Shown piece by piece: positions 60,901-64,000 of a stretch of DNA of 64,000 bases. Numbering within the stretch: the first letter of the stretch is position 1; each line of letters begins with the position of its first letter. Made by a program: the position numbers and the translations under genes. A model generated the notes under the pieces. That model did not search any database. It worked only from the letters and a program-made list of their open reading frames with translations, and was not told the DNA's origin. Source of the stretch: Sedimentisphaerales bacterium (lineage in GTDB: Bacteria > Planctomycetota > Phycisphaerae > Sedimentisphaerales > SM23-30); assembly GCA_963663965.2 (NCBI GenBank), contig CAXXFK010000013.1, positions 1 through 64,000 of the forward strand, in the 5' to 3' direction.

Positions 60901-63334
60901 GGCGCTGGCCGCGGCGTGCTGGGATTTTTGTTCCGATGAGGAACGTAAACAGCTGCTGGCGAGAAAAATTGAAGGAATCGGCCACCTGACGCGGGTATTT
61001 GAGGACCGGCAGGCGCAGCAGGTCTATATCGATCAGTTGCAGGAAATTCTGAAAAAAGCGGTTGATGCAAACGGATTATTTGATGCACAACGATTACCGG
61101 CCGCGGCGGAATACCTGTTTTTTGAATTGTCGGAAGGGGATGGGTTTGTTTTGAGCCAGACTGCCGGCGGATTAAAAGCGGCCTTTGAGGAGGCGTTAAA
61201 ACAAAGAAAAAGTCTGGAACATTTTCAAGATAGCATTGCCTCTCTGGCCAACGATCAGGCCGGTCGCTATCGGCTGGTGCGCGATTGGATCAGGGGTTAT
61301 CTGGCTGCCTGTGAGCCGGCATTGATGGAATATGATGATGAGATCGCCACGCTATATCTGGAATCAAATCCGGCTCGAACCGTGGTGGATCAATCGGTCG
61401 CTGTGTCACTAGAGGGTATGCTCGGATCGCACCGTTCGATTACCGAAGGCCGATATGAGCTGAATTATTGTCATTTTATCGAGCGGTTGCAGCGTCATGT
61501 GGCTGCCGATGCGCCGCAATTTATTACCTATCAGAAGACGTGTCAGGCGGTGGTTGAGCGTTATAGTGACCAGTTGCGATTGGATGAATACAAACCGCGA
61601 GTCCTGACAACCTTTGTTCGGAACCAGTTGATTGATAAAGTCTATCTGCCCTTGATCGGCGATAATCTGGCCAAGCAGATCGGCAGTGAAGGGGCCGATA
61701 AGCGGACCGATCGTCAGGGATTGCTTTTGCTGATCTCGCCGCCGGGTTATGGTAAAACAACCCTGATGGAATATGTGGCCAATCGCCTGGGATTGATCTT
61801 TATGAAGATCAATGGCCCGGCAATTGGCAGTCGGGTGACTTCTTTTGATCCGGAAGAAGCGCCCAACGCGGCCGCCCGGGAAGAACTGGCCAAGTTGAAC
61901 ACGGCCTTTGAGATGGGTGATAATGTCATGATTTATGTTGATGATATTCAGCATACCTCGCCCGAATTCCTCCAGAAGTTTATCTCGCTTTGCGATGCCC
62001 AGCGCCGGGTCGAAGGGGTCTATAACGGCCGGTCTCGCACCTATGACCTGCGGGGCAAGCGGGTGTGTGTGGTGATGGCGGGCAATCCCTACACCGAGAG
62101 CGGCGAAAAATTCAAGATCCCCGATATGCTGGCCAACCGGGCGGATACCTATAATATCGGTGATATCGTCGGGGACAATTATGATACGTTTGTCATGAGC
62201 TATCTGGAAAACTGCCTGACGGCTAATCCGGTGCTGAGCAAGCTGGCGGTTCGCAGTCAGGCGGATGTGTATACCATTATGCAACTGGCCGAAACCGGCC
62301 AGAAAGAGGGCATGGAGTTCGAGGGCAGTTATTCGGCGGATGAATTGAACGAATTTGTCGAAACGATGAAGAAATTGTTTGTGGTACGGAATGTCGTGTT
62401 GCGTGTGAATCAGGAATATATCCGGTCGGCCGCCCAGTCGGATGCTTATCGGACCGAACCGCCGTTCCTGCTGCAAGGCTCCTATCGCAATATGAATCGG
62501 ATCGCCGGCCGGGTAGTGCCGCTCATGAACGAACAGGAACTCTGGACACTGATCTTTGCCAGTTATGAACAGGATGCCCAGACCCTGACCAGCGGCGCGG
62601 AAAGCAACCTGCTCAAATTCCGGGAGTTGACCGACCGGTTGACGGATGATCAGGCCAGACGTTGGGCCGATATTAAACGAACCTTTAATCGTAATCTATT
62701 ATTAGGCGGCGATACGGAAGACAAGGCCGCCCAGATTGTACGGATGCTGGGGAGTTTTGGGGATGGCCTGACGGCAATACGCGAAACGCTTGCCGCCGGT
62801 GTTGGCGCCATGAGTCAGGCGGCCGCAAAACCACTGGCTGAGCCTGTCACTCAAGTGGATCAACAGGCCCCGCTGCGTGAGGTGGTCGATCGACTGGGTG
62901 ACATGGTGGCGGCGGTCCGGGAGAAAGGTGATGGAGAGACGCAACAGATGCAGGCGAATATTCATGCAGTGGTCGAAAAAATGTCAGAGGTGGCGGCGGC
63001 CATTAAAGACCAGCAGCAGCTTTTCCTGCAACAGCAGCAGATTCATGACGCCACGGAAATCAAACAGGATGCCGATATGCTGCTGTCAGTACTGGAAGAA
63101 CAGTACAAGACCATGCAGACCTGGCTGATGCGGGTCGTTCGCAACAAAGAAGGGCGGGAGAAATACGTTCAGGAACTGGTGGACCGTTTCGGATTTATGG
63201 TGACCGGTTATAGCCAGTTGATTGACTTTCTCAAGGAACATTATCAGGTGACTCCGCCAGTTTCAGAGGCGGATAAAAAGCCTGACAAATCCAAACGGGC
63301 AGAAAGTGGCAGGAATAAAAAAAGCCCTTCCTGA
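57908..63334 (+). CDS. Giant coiled-coil AAA+ ATPase (DUF3686-type, commonly labelled 'DNA repair ATPase')
   Basis: Beta-rich N-terminus, long helical middle, Walker A SPPGYGKTT, Walker B IYVDD, sensor AGNPY and MLANRAD. Confidence 0.85.
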   Translation: MAENTTHANETAAAGGDQLQSGSYEIIRNRLLTHGKDLRQRLDQLNAARKEVFGAIETKLLASERITTDNNCVPRDMVCIGSKILFGYNVFIGLRSETVLTDVFAVYDWQDGAFNRTDLKLIEQDKFITDFKNLYKYYRQTVFAKFAVIGPHLFMVFRIGKSVTDVKTFKWLLRGDELVYLDNRSDHEFVFPPQHEFEWRRTTQDMHRGGANPHISIEDRIFVETVGGDLTVKIEDNTASGEGIYAEPVDNADQTLSDAEIYYAIVGNIILLKILPYQETRYRYLVYNEKVQQCTRIDAIREACVLLPDDHGLIFPRGCYLQTGERKQFDTDLKDMVYEKRIDSPNGEDYLYIFFNREQGAYVLLSYNLIEQKVATPIVCHGYLIMKDGTLLYFKDDGEPKKHHAVQTWQTPYYGPDHAIPVQQESELYKIGNKDIVKCMAECTELLNLSGKEESFVNLYIDISRKAQDILDSYFWIKNAATFTLADPLRQIQEAATAAIEEYEKVVRTRRNTRDQIDKTHKKVREIIDGIDFDTLTGIGQFVEGLSQLRSVRGEVVSLKDLNYTDLELVEALETEVAEVTEKLSGLCVEFLLTEEALTPYQELVAANGEQVKQVSKVTEVRELEQQIGQTATELDMLTEIVSNLKIEDATQTVAIIDNISLVFAELNKVKAVLKNRLNDLATTESKAEFASQIKLIDQTTINYLDVCHTPDKCDEYLTKVVVQLETLESKFADFDEFVLELTDKREEIYNAFESRKAQLVAARNQKAAALMTASERMLKGIENRIRDFADINQINGYFASDLMVERVRETIAKLLELGDSVKADDIKSRLKTLQQDGVRQLKDKQALYEDGETIIRLGDHRFSVNKQPLEGSLVRRDDQLYFHLSGTGFYQHVLDEGLESTRDVWDMQAVSENNRVYRGEYLAYLLLRELKQAPAELDSLRQGGLEAILNRVRQFMAPRYAEGYVKGVHDHDAALILERLIHLESTIGLLRYTSRTRALAAACWDFCSDEERKQLLARKIEGIGHLTRVFEDRQAQQVYIDQLQEILKKAVDANGLFDAQRLPAAAEYLFFELSEGDGFVLSQTAGGLKAAFEEALKQRKSLEHFQDSIASLANDQAGRYRLVRDWIRGYLAACEPALMEYDDEIATLYLESNPARTVVDQSVAVSLEGMLGSHRSITEGRYELNYCHFIERLQRHVAADAPQFITYQKTCQAVVERYSDQLRLDEYKPRVLTTFVRNQLIDKVYLPLIGDNLAKQIGSEGADKRTDRQGLLLLISPPGYGKTTLMEYVANRLGLIFMKINGPAIGSRVTSFDPEEAPNAAAREELAKLNTAFEMGDNVMIYVDDIQHTSPEFLQKFISLCDAQRRVEGVYNGRSRTYDLRGKRVCVVMAGNPYTESGEKFKIPDMLANRADTYNIGDIVGDNYDTFVMSYLENCLTANPVLSKLAVRSQADVYTIMQLAETGQKEGMEFEGSYSADELNEFVETMKKLFVVRNVVLRVNQEYIRSAAQSDAYRTEPPFLLQGSYRNMNRIAGRVVPLMNEQELWTLIFASYEQDAQTLTSGAESNLLKFRELTDRLTDDQARRWADIKRTFNRNLLLGGDTEDKAAQIVRMLGSFGDGLTAIRETLAAGVGAMSQAAAKPLAEPVTQVDQQAPLREVVDRLGDMVAAVREKGDGETQQMQANIHAVVEKMSEVAAAIKDQQQLFLQQQQIHDATEIKQDADMLLSVLEEQYKTMQTWLMRVVRNKEGREKYVQELVDRFGFMVTGYSQLIDFLKEHYQVTPPVSEADKKPDKSKRAESGRNKKSPS

Positions 63335-63348
63335 GGTCAGGAAGGGCT
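63317..63348 (-). terminator. Terminator between convergent genes
   Basis: AGCCCTTCCTGA-GG-TCAGGAAGGGCT preceded by an A run (T run on the minus strand). Confidence 0.75.
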
Positions 63349-63378
63349 GGTCAAGATTATGTAAATTAGCTGGAGCGG

Positions 63379-64000
63379 TTACGCCAGGGTATTCATCACG
63401 GTTTTGATCACGAAATCATCGGTATCGCTGGAATCATCCAGTTTAATTCTGGAGGTGTCGCCAGAGACATAGAAACCGAATTCAACCCCATTATTGGTGC
63501 GTTGTACGGCTTTGCCTGAAACCGAACCGATTTTACCGCCGTTATTGATGTATTCGGCGCCACTGGGTAACAACGAATACAGATCGTTGTAAATGGTCTC
63601 GGTCATAACGCCGGCTGTGACATAAGAGGCTTTGAATTCGCCGCCGAATTTAATCGATTTGATTTCACCGGCGGTCAGGTCGCCATCGTCAGTCGCGCTC
63701 TCGACGGACAGGCCGATATCATAACCAGCCAGTACGTACGAATCAATGATGTCGGTCTTGATACTGACGGATCCCAGATAATCAGTTACACTGATTACGG
63801 CAGATTCCAGACTTTCCGCTTTAATCGATTTGATGTTCTGAGCACGAAGAGCACCGTCGAGCATGCCCTTGCTGCTGATCTTGCCGATATCCTGGGAGGC
63901 CATCAGGAAGCCGCTGATATCTTTACCGGCGCTAACCGATTTGATGCTTCCACTGGAAGCGCTGATATCGCCATTGATACCGCCCAGTCTGGTTTTCACC
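63379..64000 (-). CDS. C-terminus of a large extracellular beta-solenoid protein (start lies outside the window)
   Basis: The frame is open to the window edge. GDISASSGSIKSV / IGKISSKG repeats resemble the C-terminus of 42459-47996. Confidence 0.75.
   Translation of the reverse strand, partial: VKTRLGGINGDISASSGSIKSVSAGKDISGFLMASQDIGKISSKGMLDGALRAQNIKSIKAESLESAVISVTDYLGSVSIKTDIIDSYVLAGYDIGLSVESATDDGDLTAGEIKSIKFGGEFKASYVTAGVMTETIYNDLYSLLPSGAEYINNGGKIGSVSGKAVQRTNNGVEFGFYVSGDTSRIKLDDSSDTDDFVIKTVMNTLA

Noticed and set aside
61409..62476. 355-aa minus-strand ORF
   Set aside because: Antisense to the conserved AAA+ domain.

Overview
This is a 64-kb bacterial chromosome window, probably Planctomycetota (Phycisphaerae-like). 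That call is inferred from a LEPR-XLL/Planc_extracel-type giant secreted protein and a glycan/sulfatase-rich gene set. The window has five parts. (1) About 1-15.4 kb is an accessory, mobile-element-rich zone: two complete IS elements (IS66, IS256) with intact inverted repeats and 8-bp target duplications, a MITE inside a gene's 3' end, an HsdR_N-type endonuclease, an AT-rich coupled four-gene operon (Nudix, TM protein, alpha/beta hydrolase, hexapeptide acetyltransferase), and a RAYT-type HUH transposase. A family of GACTGTCC repeats associated with the RAYT traps three IS4 fragments. (2) Polysaccharide-degradation genes include GH95, two GH29, two GH172/DUF2961, CE7, a beta-helix protein, a sulfatase, fucI and an AraC regulator, with a second MITE at 17.8 kb. 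Two of these genes are broken by clustered indels. (3) A type II secretion cluster, gspE-F-G-H-I-J-K-L-M-C-D. (4) rsmD and cca, followed by a 1845-aa repeat-rich extracellular protein. (5) A YqiJ/NfeD, flotillin and giant AAA+ ATPase operon, then the C-terminus of a second large extracellular protein. I recognised no rRNA, tRNA or CRISPR array. All calls come from reading motifs by eye; no database searches were run.
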